64,000 bases of DNA from positions 108,422 through 172,421 of the forward strand of contig NZ_JBDPMD010000008.1 in the NCBI RefSeq assembly GCF_039871875.1. Reading direction: 5' to 3'. Below, one piece after another: positions 19,217-28,333 of this stretch. This DNA is from Sphaerisporangium sp. B11E5 (lineage in GTDB: Bacteria > Actinomycetota > Actinomycetes > Streptosporangiales > Streptosporangiaceae). Both the position numbers and the translations under genes were made by a program. Each line of letters begins with the position of its first letter. The first letter of the stretch is position 1. The notes under the pieces were generated by a model. It made no database searches. It was not told the origin of the DNA and worked only from the letters and a program-made list of their open reading frames with translations.

Positions 19217-20005
19217 TCAGTCCGCGCGCAGCGCCTCGTCGAAGACGTGGCGGTGGTCGCGGAGGTAGGTGATGTCGTTCAGGTACAACGAGTCGTGGCC
19301 CTCCGCGATGTGGTTCTGGAAGGCGGTCACGCCCGCGTCCGCCTGGGCGCGCATGAACGTCACCAGGGCGTCGAGGCGGCGGATCACGGTGTCCACGAGA
19401 TCGCGGCGGGCGTCCGGGCGCAGGCCGTAGTGGTCGCAGAAGGCACGGGTCCGTGTGGCCTGTTGTTCCGGGGTGCCGAAGCCGGAGGGGTTGGCGGGGG
19501 CGGTGATGGGGGCCCAGCGGTAGGTGGCGTAGGCGACGTCCCAGAGGCGGGGACCGGGGGTGGCGGTGTCGAAGTCGATGACGCCGACCACTTCTGTGCC
19601 GTCGAGGACGCAGTTGTAGGGGGCGTAGTCGTTGTGCAGGACGACTTCGGCGGGCGACATCGCGGGGAACATCCACCCCGTCTCGTGGCCGGGGACGTAG
19701 GCCGCGGTGACGTCGTGGTAGGCGCGGAGGAGTTCGGCGGCTGATCTCAGGGCTTCGGTGGAGGTGACGGCCTCGGTCAGGGGGTACTCACCGACCTCGC
19801 CGGGGAGGTGGTCGAGAATCTCCAGGCCGTCGGGGGTCGTTCCGTGGACGCGGGGGGAGGCGGTGAAGCCCTCGTGCTCCAGGTGGCGAAGCAGGCCGTG
19901 AACGGCGGGGGTCCAGGGGCCGGTGGGGCGGTGGACGGTGAGGCCGACGCGCAGGACCTGGTTGACGCCGCCTCGCAGAGGGATTGGCTCCGTCATGTCG
20001 TCCAT
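19217..20005 (-). CDS. Aminoglycoside/antibiotic phosphotransferase (APH) family protein
   Basis: Brenner motif VLHNDYAPYNCVLD and GVIDFDTA. Confidence 0.75.
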   Translation of the reverse strand: MDDMTEPIPLRGGVNQVLRVGLTVHRPTGPWTPAVHGLLRHLEHEGFTASPRVHGTTPDGLEILDHLPGEVGEYPLTEAVTSTEALRSAAELLRAYHDVTAAYVPGHETGWMFPAMSPAEVVLHNDYAPYNCVLDGTEVVGVIDFDTATPGPRLWDVAYATYRWAPITAPANPSGFGTPEQQATRTRAFCDHYGLRPDARRDLVDTVIRRLDALVTFMRAQADAGVTAFQNHIAEGHDSLYLNDITYLRDHRHVFDEALRAD

Positions 20006-20095
20006 TCTCGGGAGTGAAAGCGCGGGAGCGCGGGGTTGACCTTGACGTCGGTGTCAGGGGTTACGTTCGGGGTGGCCACGGATCAGGGAGGGTCT

Positions 20096-20590
20096 GTGCG
20101 GATCGGGGAACTGGCGGCGCTCGCCGGGACCAGTGCGCGGGCGGTGCGGTACTACGAGCAGCAAGGGTTGCTCGCGGCGCGGCGGTCGGCGAACGGGTAC
20201 CGGGAGTACGACGAGAGCGACCTTCGGGTGGTGCGGGAGATCCGGTCGCTGATGGCGGCGGGGTTCTCGCTGGAGGACGCGCGGCCGTTCGTGGAGTGCC
20301 TGCGGGACGGGCACGCCACGGGCGACGCGTGCCCCGAGTCGGTCGCGGTGTACCGGCGGCGGCTCGCGGTGCTCGACGCGGAGATCCACGCCCTGGTCCG
20401 CCGGCGGGCCGAGGTGGCCGAGCAACTGGCGCGGGCCTGCCCGGGCTGTGCCGTGGACCCGGAGGGAAACAATGATCACGTTGACGAGCGAGAACTTCGA
20501 CGAGCAGGTGCTGCGCGCAGGCAAGCCGGTACTGGTCGACTTCTGGGCGGAGTGGTGCCCACCGTGCCGGATGATCGCCCCCGTCCTTGA
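20096..20590 (+). CDS. MerR family transcriptional regulator, Cys-containing
   Basis: HTH RIGELAALAGTSARAVRYYEQQGLL, then a coiled-coil region, then Cys-rich C-terminus (VECL…DACPES…ACPGC). GTG at 20096 is preceded by GGGAGGG. The 3' end overlaps the trx start. Confidence 0.65.
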   Translation: MRIGELAALAGTSARAVRYYEQQGLLAARRSANGYREYDESDLRVVREIRSLMAAGFSLEDARPFVECLRDGHATGDACPESVAVYRRRLAVLDAEIHALVRRRAEVAEQLARACPGCAVDPEGNNDHVDERELRRAGAARRQAGTGRLLGGVVPTVPDDRPRP

Positions 20591-20786
20591 GGAGATCGAG
20601 AAGGAGTACGGCGACCGCCTCACCATCGCCAAGCTCAACGGCGACGACCACCCGGACATCGCGGCGCGGTACGGCGTGATGGGGCTGCCGACGCTGAACC
20701 TCTACCGGGACGGCGAGGTCGTGCGGCAGGTCGTCGGGGCGCGGACCAAGCGGATGCTGCTCGCCGAGCTGGACGGCTGCTTCTAG
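20472..20786 (+). CDS. trxA: Thioredoxin
   Basis: LVDFWAEWCPPCRMIAP active site. Aligns end to end with canonical TrxA. RBS GGAGGG is 6 nt upstream. Confidence 0.8.
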   Translation: MITLTSENFDEQVLRAGKPVLVDFWAEWCPPCRMIAPVLEEIEKEYGDRLTIAKLNGDDHPDIAARYGVMGLPTLNLYRDGEVVRQVVGARTKRMLLAELDGCF

Positions 20787-21406
20787 ATCAACCCGTGGTC
20801 GCGGGCGTAGACCGCGGCCTGGGTGCGGTCGCGGAGGCCGAGGCGGGTGAGGATGCGGGAGATGTGGTTCTTCACTGTGCCTTCGCTCAGGTAGAGGGTG
20901 GTCGCGATCTCGCGGTTGGTGGAGCCGGTGGCGATCAGGCGGAGGACCTCGGTCTCGCGGGGGGTGAGGACGGGGTCGAGGTCGGGTGGGCGGGAACCGG
21001 TGAGGTGGTGGGCGACGGTGGAGTCGATCTGGGTGACTCCGGCGTGGGCCAGTCTCACGGCTTCCGCGAGGTGGCCGGCGGGGAGGTCCTTCAGCAGGTA
21101 GCCGGCGGCGCCGGACCGGAGGGCCTGGAGGACGTACTCCTCGTCGTCGAAGGTCGTGAGCATGATGACGCGGCAGGCGGGGACCTGGCGGCGGAGGGCG
21201 GCGGTGGCTTCGACGCCGTTCATCACGGGCATGCGGACGTCCATCAGCACGACGTCGGGACGCAGGGTCAGCGCGGCTTCCAGCGCCGCCGCGCCGTCGG
21301 GGGCCGTGCCGACGACGGCGATGCCGGGCTGGATGGCGAGGAGGGACGCGATGCCTTCCCTGACGAGCTCCTGGTCGTCCACCACCAGGACCCGCACAGC
21401 GGTCAC
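20783..21406 (-). CDS. NarL/LuxR family response regulator
   Basis: Receiver domain VRVLVVDDQELVREG…DVVLMDVRMP plus LuxR HTH LTPRETEVLRLIATGSTNREIA. GTG start at complement 21406 after GGGAG. Confidence 0.8.
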   Translation of the reverse strand: MTAVRVLVVDDQELVREGIASLLAIQPGIAVVGTAPDGAAALEAALTLRPDVVLMDVRMPVMNGVEATAALRRQVPACRVIMLTTFDDEEYVLQALRSGAAGYLLKDLPAGHLAEAVRLAHAGVTQIDSTVAHHLTGSRPPDLDPVLTPRETEVLRLIATGSTNREIATTLYLSEGTVKNHISRILTRLGLRDRTQAAVYARDHGLI

Positions 21407-21447
21407 GCTCCCGTGTCCTGGCCGTCCCTCGCCGGGACGTGCGCCGG

Positions 21448-22641
21448 TCACGCGCGGGCTCCCGCGTCCCGGCCGTCCGCCGTCAGGGCGGGGACGCCGG
21501 TCGCGCGGGGGATCGTGACGGTGACGGTGGTGCCGGTGCCGGGGGCGCCGGTGACCGTGACGTCGCCGCCGAGGGGACGGACGCGTTCGCGCATGCCGCG
21601 CAGGCCGTAGCCGTCGGGGGGCGACGGGGGCAGGCCGCGGCCGTCGTCGGCGACGACGAGGCGGGCCTCGGATTCGCCGCAGGTGAGCGACAGGGTGACA
21701 CGGGTCGCGGCGGCGTGCCTGCGGGCGTTGGTGAGGGCTTCCTGGGCGGCGCGGTACAGGACGGTGAGCACGGCGGGGGTGTACCGCGACTCCTCGCCGC
21801 TGATGTCCACGGTGACGCTCGGGTCGTGGCGGACCAGATCGGTGAGGGCGGCGCCCAGGGAGAACGGCTCGCCGTCCTCGCGCAGGGTCCGCACGGACTG
21901 CCGGACCTCCGCGAGGGCCCGTGCGGCCGACCAGCGGGCGTCGGCGAGCGCCCGCTCGGCCGCGGCCCGGTCGCGGTCCAGGAACGCCGACGACTTCTCC
22001 AACTGGATGCCGATCGCCGTGAGGTGGTGCCCCAGGCTGTCGTGGATCTCCCGGGCGAGCCGGTTGCGTTCCGTGGCCGCGGTCAGCTCCGCCACCCGGC
22101 CCGCGTACGCCGCCAGCCGCGCGTGGGACTCCTCCAGCCGCGCCTGGGCCCGCCGCGCGCTCACCGCGACCGCGGCCATGGAGAGCGCGAGCACCACCCC
22201 GAGGGTGAACATCAGCAGGTCGGAGAGGTACGCCGGCTCCAGCCACCACCCCGGCGCCGAGACCGTGAACCACACCCCGAGCAGCACGGCGGACGCGGCC
22301 CCGAGCGCCACCCCGGCCACCGGGCCGAACGCGAAGTACGCCGTGAACGGCACCAGCACGAACAGCACCCGCGACAATCCCGCGGCGTCGAACGCCGTGA
22401 CCCCCACGTACAGCGCCAGGCGTACGCAGAGCAGCACCGCGGCCGCTCCGGCCCGGACGGGGTGGCGCCGCCGCTCCCACGCGTCCACCGCGAACAGTGC
22501 CGCCAGCGCGGCGGCGAACCCGGCGAGCCGCCCCGCCTGTGGCCCGTCCGCGCCGAACAGCTCGTAGTACACCCCGGCGGCCAGCACCGCCCCGTACAAC
22601 ACCGACGGCACCCACGGCACCGGCGGCCCGGGCCGCGTCAT
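21448..22641 (-). CDS. NarL-type sensor histidine kinase (HisKA_3 + HATPase_c) with 5-6 TM sensor region
   Basis: H-box RLAREIHDSLGHHLTAIGIQL; ATPase G-boxes DDGRGLPP…GYGLRGMRERV. Lies 41 nt upstream of the response regulator gene. Confidence 0.75.
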   Translation of the reverse strand: MTRPGPPVPWVPSVLYGAVLAAGVYYELFGADGPQAGRLAGFAAALAALFAVDAWERRRHPVRAGAAAVLLCVRLALYVGVTAFDAAGLSRVLFVLVPFTAYFAFGPVAGVALGAASAVLLGVWFTVSAPGWWLEPAYLSDLLMFTLGVVLALSMAAVAVSARRAQARLEESHARLAAYAGRVAELTAATERNRLAREIHDSLGHHLTAIGIQLEKSSAFLDRDRAAAERALADARWSAARALAEVRQSVRTLREDGEPFSLGAALTDLVRHDPSVTVDISGEESRYTPAVLTVLYRAAQEALTNARRHAAATRVTLSLTCGESEARLVVADDGRGLPPSPPDGYGLRGMRERVRPLGGDVTVTGAPGTGTTVTVTIPRATGVPALTADGRDAGARA

Positions 22642-22845
22642 GACGGGTGCCACTCCCGCACCTCCGTGATAGCGGTTCGTGTGCAGGCTACGCCGAACCT
22701 GCCGCCATCTGGAGTGCGCACGGCAGACTCCGGCCATACGGCACGTGCCGGACGGCCAAGCACATGAGGCGGCCCGGCACTTACCGCCCGCCTCCGCCGC
22801 TCCCTACGTTCGAAGGCGTTCCCCCCTTCGTCGAATGGAGGCGCC

Positions 22846-23463
22846 ATGCCTTCGTGGTTGCTGCGTTTCGGTGTGGTCTGCGGAGTCCTGACCGGTCTCA
22901 CGCTCGGCCCACCCGCCCTGGTCGAGGTCTTCACCGGCGAGACCACCGCGACGAGCTTCGTCATCGGCCTCGGCACCGTCTTCGGCCCCCCGGCCCTGAC
23001 CGCCCTCTACCTGCACCACGGCCTCGCGGCGGACCGGTTCTCCGCCGTCGCGTACGCGATGAACATCCTCGGCCTCACCTTGTTCGGCGCCGTCGCGTTC
23101 AGCCTGAACATCGTGCTCTTCCACCTCGACCAGCCCACCGTCGCCCGCCTGCTCGCCGGCCCGGCGCGGCTCGCCCTGCTCACCGCCGCCGTGGTCTTCG
23201 TCGCAGGCACCGTGCTGTTCGCCGCCTCGATGCTCCGTTCCCGCAGGTTCCCCCGCGTCCCCGTCTACGCCTACGCCGTCTCCCTCCCCCTGCTGGCCCT
23301 CCTCGCCCGCCTCCCCGACACCCCGCTGACCAGCGCCGTGCACGTCACGGCCGCCGCCGCCCTGATCTGGCTCTCCCTGTCCGCCTGGCCGGGGACGGGG
23401 GGCATTGCGGTGGCCCGGCGCGGCGGGACAGAATCAGGTCACGTCACTCGGGGGAGAGGCTGA
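22846..23463 (+). CDS. Hypothetical membrane protein (5-6 TM)
   Basis: Hydrophobic ORF with RBS GGAGG before the ATG at 22846. Confidence 0.5.
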   Translation: MPSWLLRFGVVCGVLTGLTLGPPALVEVFTGETTATSFVIGLGTVFGPPALTALYLHHGLAADRFSAVAYAMNILGLTLFGAVAFSLNIVLFHLDQPTVARLLAGPARLALLTAAVVFVAGTVLFAASMLRSRRFPRVPVYAYAVSLPLLALLARLPDTPLTSAVHVTAAAALIWLSLSAWPGTGGIAVARRGGTESGHVTRGRG

Positions 23464-23521
23464 GGCGTCACGAGCGGGGCGGGTTCCGGGTCGTGTCGGC
23501 CGGTGCGCGAAAGGCTTCACA

Positions 23522-26500
23522 GTGGTGTTCCAGCGGCGGGGGCGGCGCGTCGCCGAGGCGGTGCGCCGCATCACGGCCGCACAGGACTGGGACGAGTACG
23601 CCGCCGCCGTCCGGGAGTGCCCGCCTGAGCTGTTGCGGCCGGTGGAGGAGGTGCTCGTCGAGGGGTTGCGGCGGGCCAGGGAGGCCGAGGGGGACTCCGC
23701 GGACGTCCGCGCCTTCGAGCGGCTCACCTGGGCCCTCAACGCCTACCGCACCGGGCGTGCCACCGGCGGGTGGCCGTTCGGTGAGCCGTACCCCGGCGCC
23801 GTGGACCTCGCCGGCCCGCTGCGGGTCGTCGTCGACTCGGCCGACGCGGACGAGGTGCGCCGGGCCGTCGCCGAGCACCCTGAGCTGCTCACCCCGGAGA
23901 CCGACGCCCTGCTGGCCGGGCTGCAGGGCGACCTGGAGGGCGCGTTCGAGCAGGAGTCCGCACATCAGGTGGCCCGGCGCCGGCGCATGCTGGCCGGGCT
24001 GCGGCGCACCGGCGAACTGGAGGACGGCGAGTTCGTCCCCGCCGAGGAGTCCGAGCGGGAGATGCTCGGCCTGCTGTCCGGCACGCAGGGGGCGCTCGCG
24101 ACATACCGGTGGACCGGCGACGACACCGCGCTCGACCGGGCGGCGGGGCTCGCCCGGCGCATGACGGGGCACCGCATGTGGCACTCGCTCGACCGGGTGG
24201 CCCGGGCGTCCCTGGTGCACCAGGTCGCGATCGCCCTGCAGGACCGGTACGAGCGACAGGGCGAGGCCGCCGACATCGAGGCGGCCGCGCACCTGCTCGG
24301 GGTCAACGCCGCCACGTTCCCCGTGGACCACGTCGACCGGCCCGGCGCCGTCGGCAACTTCGGCAACGCCCTGCGGCTGCGGTTCCGCGAGTCCGCCGAC
24401 CCCTCCGACCTCGACGCCGCGGTGCGGGAGCTGGAGGACGCGACCGTGACGTTCGGCCGTGACGACCCGTTCGGCCCGCTGTCGCTGAACAACCTCGGCA
24501 ACGCGCTGCTCGACCGGTACCTGATCCGCGCCGACGGCGCCGACCTCGACCGGGCGATCGCCGCGTTCACCCTGGCCACCCGAGCCCACGCGGACGAGGA
24601 GTACCCCGTCTACCTGAACAACCTCAGCCGCGGCGCCCTGCACCGGTACCTGCGTGACGGAGCCGCCGGTGACCTGCGTCTGGCACAGGAGACCGCGGAA
24701 CGCGCACTCGCGGCGGAAAGCGCGTCGCAGCGGCACTACCACCTGGCTCACGCGGCCGAGGTGCTGCGCGCACGGTTCCACCAGGACCGTGACGTGGCCC
24801 TGCTGCGCCGGGCCCGCGCCCTCGTGACGGAGGCGCTCGAACTGGTCCCGCACGGCCCGGGCACTCCCCGGCACACCTTGGTCCGCGAGCTGATCGACGA
24901 CGACCTCGCCGCCGTCGCCGCCGGAACCGAGCCGCGTCCCCTGCGGGAGAGCCTCAGCGGCCTCACCCCCGGCCCGCCCGGCCCGTACGACGCCCTGCGC
25001 GAGCAGGTGAACTCGCTGGTGCTGCGGGAGGACCACCTCGGCGACCCCGCCGACCTGGAGCGCCTGATCGCCCTGCTGGAACGGGCCGTGGACACCGTGC
25101 CGCCCGACCGGCCCGAGCACGCGGGGTTCCTCAACAGCCTCGGGGCGTCCCTGCACGACCGTTACGCGCGCGACGGCGACCCCGCCGACCTGGAGCGGGC
25201 CGTCGCCGTGCTGGGGCGGGCCGCGCGCCTCGGCCCCGGCAGCGCGCCGGCGTCGTCCAACCTGGGTCTCGCCCTGCTGAAGCGCCACCTGCGCACCGGG
25301 GAGCCCGCCGACCTGGACCTGGCGGTGGGGCACATGGAGGAAGCCGTACGGCGTGCCCCCGGCGACGCGACGTACCTGTCCAACCTGAGCGAGGTGCTGC
25401 GCAGCCGGGCCGAGCACACCGGGAGCGTCGCCGACCTGGACCGCGCGGTCACCCTGGCAGGGGACGCGGTGCGCGCCGGGACCACCGGGCGCGGGCGGAC
25501 GGCGACGCACCTCGCCAACCTCGGCAGCGCCCACCAGTTGCGTGCCGAGCGCACCGGCGCCGAGGCCGACCTGGACGAGGCGGTCACCTACCTGGACCGG
25601 GCCGCGCGTACCGTCCCCGCCGGCCACACCGCCGAGGTGGGCATCTGGTCGAACCTGGGCAACGCCCTGCGGATCCGCTACGAACGCACCGGCGAGGCCG
25701 CCGACCTGGACCGGGCGATCGAGGCGGGCCGCCACGCCGTCGGCGCCACCGCGCGCGACCACATCGACGGCGCGATGGCCAGGTCCAACCTGGCGAACGC
25801 CCTCCAGCACCGCCACCTGAGGAACGGAGCCCCTGCGCAGGCCGGCCGGGATGACGGTGTCCCATCGGACGGTGTCCCATCGGACGGTGTCCGGGAGGGT
25901 GTCCTTGACGCGGCGGCCGGCCATGGCACGTCCGACCTCGACGAAGCCATCGGGCATCTGTACGCCGCCGTGCGCGGGCTGCCCGCCGGGCACCCCTTTC
26001 TCGCCAAGTGCCTGTCCAACCTGGCACTGGCACTGGAGGACAGGTTCGAGCGCGGCGGCGACCCCGCCGACCTGGACGAGGCGCTGGCCCGCCTGGAGGA
26101 GGCCGTGCGGATCAGCCCGGCGGGCTCGGCGGGCCGGTGGATGTATCTGTCCAACCTCGCCAACGCGCTGCGCTCCAGGTTCACCCATGCCGGGGACCTC
26201 GCCGCCCTGCGGCAGGCGATACGCCACCTCGACGACATCCTCGCCGCGGCGCCGACCGACCACCCGAACCGTGCCGCCTACCTGACCAACCTCGGCAGCG
26301 CCCTGTCCGCCCTGCACGACCACGACGGCGACCCCTCACACCTGGACCGCGCGGTCGCCTCGTGGCGCGCCGCCGCCGAGCTGCCCGCCGCGGCCACCGA
26401 GCAGCGCATGCGGGCCGCCGTCCTGTGGGGTGCGCGGGCCCGGACCCCGGAGGCCGCCGCGGACGGCCGCGCCGCCGCCGTACGGCTGCTGCCCCGGCTG

Positions 26501-27922
26501 GCCTGGCACGGCCTGACCCCGGCGACCCGGCGCCGGCACCTGACGCAGTGGCCGGGTATGGCGCGGGCCGCCGCCGAGGCCGCGATCACGGCGGGCCGCG
26601 TCACCGAGGCGGTGGAGCTGCTGGAGCTCGGCCGGTCCATCCTGTGGTCCCAGACCCTGCGGCTGCGCACCGACCTCACCGCGCTGGAGCGGGCCGCTCC
26701 CGAGCTCGCCGCCCGCCTCGCGGAGATCCGGCACGTCCTGGACGCCCCCGCCGAGGACCCCGACGGCACCGCCGGGCGCAGGACCCGGCTGGCCCGCGAG
26801 TGGGACGACCTGGTGGAGCGGGTCCGGGGGCTGGACGGCTTCGCCAACTTCCTGCGCGCCGTCCCGTACGCCGAGCTGCGCCGCGCGGCGGACGGCGGCC
26901 CCGTCGTGATCGTCAACGTCGGCACCGGCCGGTGCGACGCCCTGATCGTCACGTCCGGCGCGGAGGACCCCCTGCTGGTGCCCCTGCCCGGCCTGCGGGC
27001 CGGGGACGCCGACGCGCGGACCCTCGCCTGGCTGACCGCCCTGCTCCGCGTGGACGAGGGCGACCGCTCACGGACGGCCCTGGTCAACCTGCGCCAGACC
27101 CTCGCCGCCACCCTGGAATGGCTCTGGGAGACGGTCGCGTCCCCCGTCCTCACGGCCCTCGGCGCCGAGCCGGGGACCCGGTTGTGGTGGTGCCCCACCG
27201 GCCCTCTCGTGCTGCTCCCGCTGCACGCCGCGGGGGCCCGCGACGGCGCGTCGGCGCTCGACCGGGTGGTCTCCTCCTACACCCCCACCCTGGACGCCCT
27301 CATCCGCGCCCGCCGCAGACCCCCGCGGGGCGACCCGCGCCTGCTGGCCGTCGGCATGTCCCGCACCCCGGGGCAGCCGCCGCTGCCCGCCGTGGCCGGC
27401 GAGCTCGCCGAGATCGCCCGGCGCCGCGCCGTCACCACCCGCCTGGTGGACGGCGACGCCACCCGCCGCCGGGTGCTCGAGGCGCTCGCCGAGCACGAGT
27501 GGGCGCACCTGGCCTGCCACGGCACCCAGAACCTGCTCGACCCGATGACCGCCGCCGTCCACCTGCACGACGGCCCGCTCACGGTGGCCGACATCGCGGC
27601 GAGACCGCTGGAGCACGCCGAGCTGGTCTGCCTGTCGGCCTGCCAGACCGCCGTCGGCGGCGTCGGCCTGCTGGACGAGGCCGTGCACCTCGCCGCCGCC
27701 CTGCACGTCGCCGGGTACCGGCACGTCGTCGCCACCCAGTGGTCGATTCCCGACGACGACGCGCCCCGCCTGGCGGCCCACCTGTACGAGACGCTCACCG
27801 CGGACGGCCGCCCCGACGCCGCCCGCGCAGCCGCGGCCCTCCACCAGGCCACCCTCGCCCTGCGCGCCGCCCACCGCAGCCGCCCCGACCTGTGGGCACC
27901 GTACCTGCACATCGGCCCGTAG
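23522..27922 (+). CDS. TPR-repeat protein with C-terminal CHAT (caspase-like HetF-associated) protease domain, ~1466 aa
   Basis: At least 10 degenerate ~45-aa repeats centred on ADLDRAV/I…NLG/SNL. C-terminal CHAT dyad candidates are His in EWAHLACHGTQ and Cys in LVCLSACQTAVGG. No Walker A motif seen. Start codon uncertain (GTG 23522). Confidence 0.75.
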   Translation: MVFQRRGRRVAEAVRRITAAQDWDEYAAAVRECPPELLRPVEEVLVEGLRRAREAEGDSADVRAFERLTWALNAYRTGRATGGWPFGEPYPGAVDLAGPLRVVVDSADADEVRRAVAEHPELLTPETDALLAGLQGDLEGAFEQESAHQVARRRRMLAGLRRTGELEDGEFVPAEESEREMLGLLSGTQGALATYRWTGDDTALDRAAGLARRMTGHRMWHSLDRVARASLVHQVAIALQDRYERQGEAADIEAAAHLLGVNAATFPVDHVDRPGAVGNFGNALRLRFRESADPSDLDAAVRELEDATVTFGRDDPFGPLSLNNLGNALLDRYLIRADGADLDRAIAAFTLATRAHADEEYPVYLNNLSRGALHRYLRDGAAGDLRLAQETAERALAAESASQRHYHLAHAAEVLRARFHQDRDVALLRRARALVTEALELVPHGPGTPRHTLVRELIDDDLAAVAAGTEPRPLRESLSGLTPGPPGPYDALREQVNSLVLREDHLGDPADLERLIALLERAVDTVPPDRPEHAGFLNSLGASLHDRYARDGDPADLERAVAVLGRAARLGPGSAPASSNLGLALLKRHLRTGEPADLDLAVGHMEEAVRRAPGDATYLSNLSEVLRSRAEHTGSVADLDRAVTLAGDAVRAGTTGRGRTATHLANLGSAHQLRAERTGAEADLDEAVTYLDRAARTVPAGHTAEVGIWSNLGNALRIRYERTGEAADLDRAIEAGRHAVGATARDHIDGAMARSNLANALQHRHLRNGAPAQAGRDDGVPSDGVPSDGVREGVLDAAAGHGTSDLDEAIGHLYAAVRGLPAGHPFLAKCLSNLALALEDRFERGGDPADLDEALARLEEAVRISPAGSAGRWMYLSNLANALRSRFTHAGDLAALRQAIRHLDDILAAAPTDHPNRAAYLTNLGSALSALHDHDGDPSHLDRAVASWRAAAELPAAATEQRMRAAVLWGARARTPEAAADGRAAAVRLLPRLAWHGLTPATRRRHLTQWPGMARAAAEAAITAGRVTEAVELLELGRSILWSQTLRLRTDLTALERAAPELAARLAEIRHVLDAPAEDPDGTAGRRTRLAREWDDLVERVRGLDGFANFLRAVPYAELRRAADGGPVVIVNVGTGRCDALIVTSGAEDPLLVPLPGLRAGDADARTLAWLTALLRVDEGDRSRTALVNLRQTLAATLEWLWETVASPVLTALGAEPGTRLWWCPTGPLVLLPLHAAGARDGASALDRVVSSYTPTLDALIRARRRPPRGDPRLLAVGMSRTPGQPPLPAVAGELAEIARRRAVTTRLVDGDATRRRVLEALAEHEWAHLACHGTQNLLDPMTAAVHLHDGPLTVADIAARPLEHAELVCLSACQTAVGGVGLLDEAVHLAAALHVAGYRHVVATQWSIPDDDAPRLAAHLYETLTADGRPDAARAAAALHQATLALRAAHRSRPDLWAPYLHIGP
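25853..25895. repeat. 15-bp tandem repeat GACGGTGTCCCATCG x2.8 inside the CHAT gene (encodes GVPSDGVPSDGV)
   Basis: Exact adjacent copies are visible in the sequence. Confidence 0.7.
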
Positions 27923-27940
27923 GCCGCCGGAAGGAGGCGC

Positions 27941-28333
27941 ATGACGCCCGAGGAACGCAGCGAGCCGCTCACCGAGGGGTGGGCGCTGGCGTTGTGGTGC
28001 GAGGAACTGCCCCGCCTGCGCGCCGACGCCGAGGCGGGCGGCTGGACGGTGCCTCTGGAACGGCAGGCCGCCGCGGTGGCCGAGGGCGGCTCCGCGGCGA
28101 CCGCGTGGGAGGAGCTCGGCGTCTCCATGGCGGGCGGCCACATCGTGCCCGACCCCGCGATCCGCACCCGGGGCGCGGTGGTCGTCGTGCCCGGGCAGGA
28201 CCCGGTCCGCCTCACCGGCGACTACGCTTGCCCCCACCGCCGCTGCCCCCGCCGCGCCACCCGCGACCACCACGGCCGCCCCCCGGCATGCGCCCTCGAC
28301 GGCGCCCCGATGCGCTTCGTCCCCACCTCCTGA
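27941..28333 (+). CDS. Small Cys/His/Arg-rich protein (130 aa), hypothetical
   Basis: Strong [12 protein letters not shown] 6 nt upstream and very high GC3. C-terminus is YACPHRRCPRRATRDHHGRPPAC. Lies 18 nt after the CHAT stop. Confidence 0.55.
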   Translation: MTPEERSEPLTEGWALALWCEELPRLRADAEAGGWTVPLERQAAAVAEGGSAATAWEELGVSMAGGHIVPDPAIRTRGAVVVVPGQDPVRLTGDYACPHRRCPRRATRDHHGRPPACALDGAPMRFVPTS

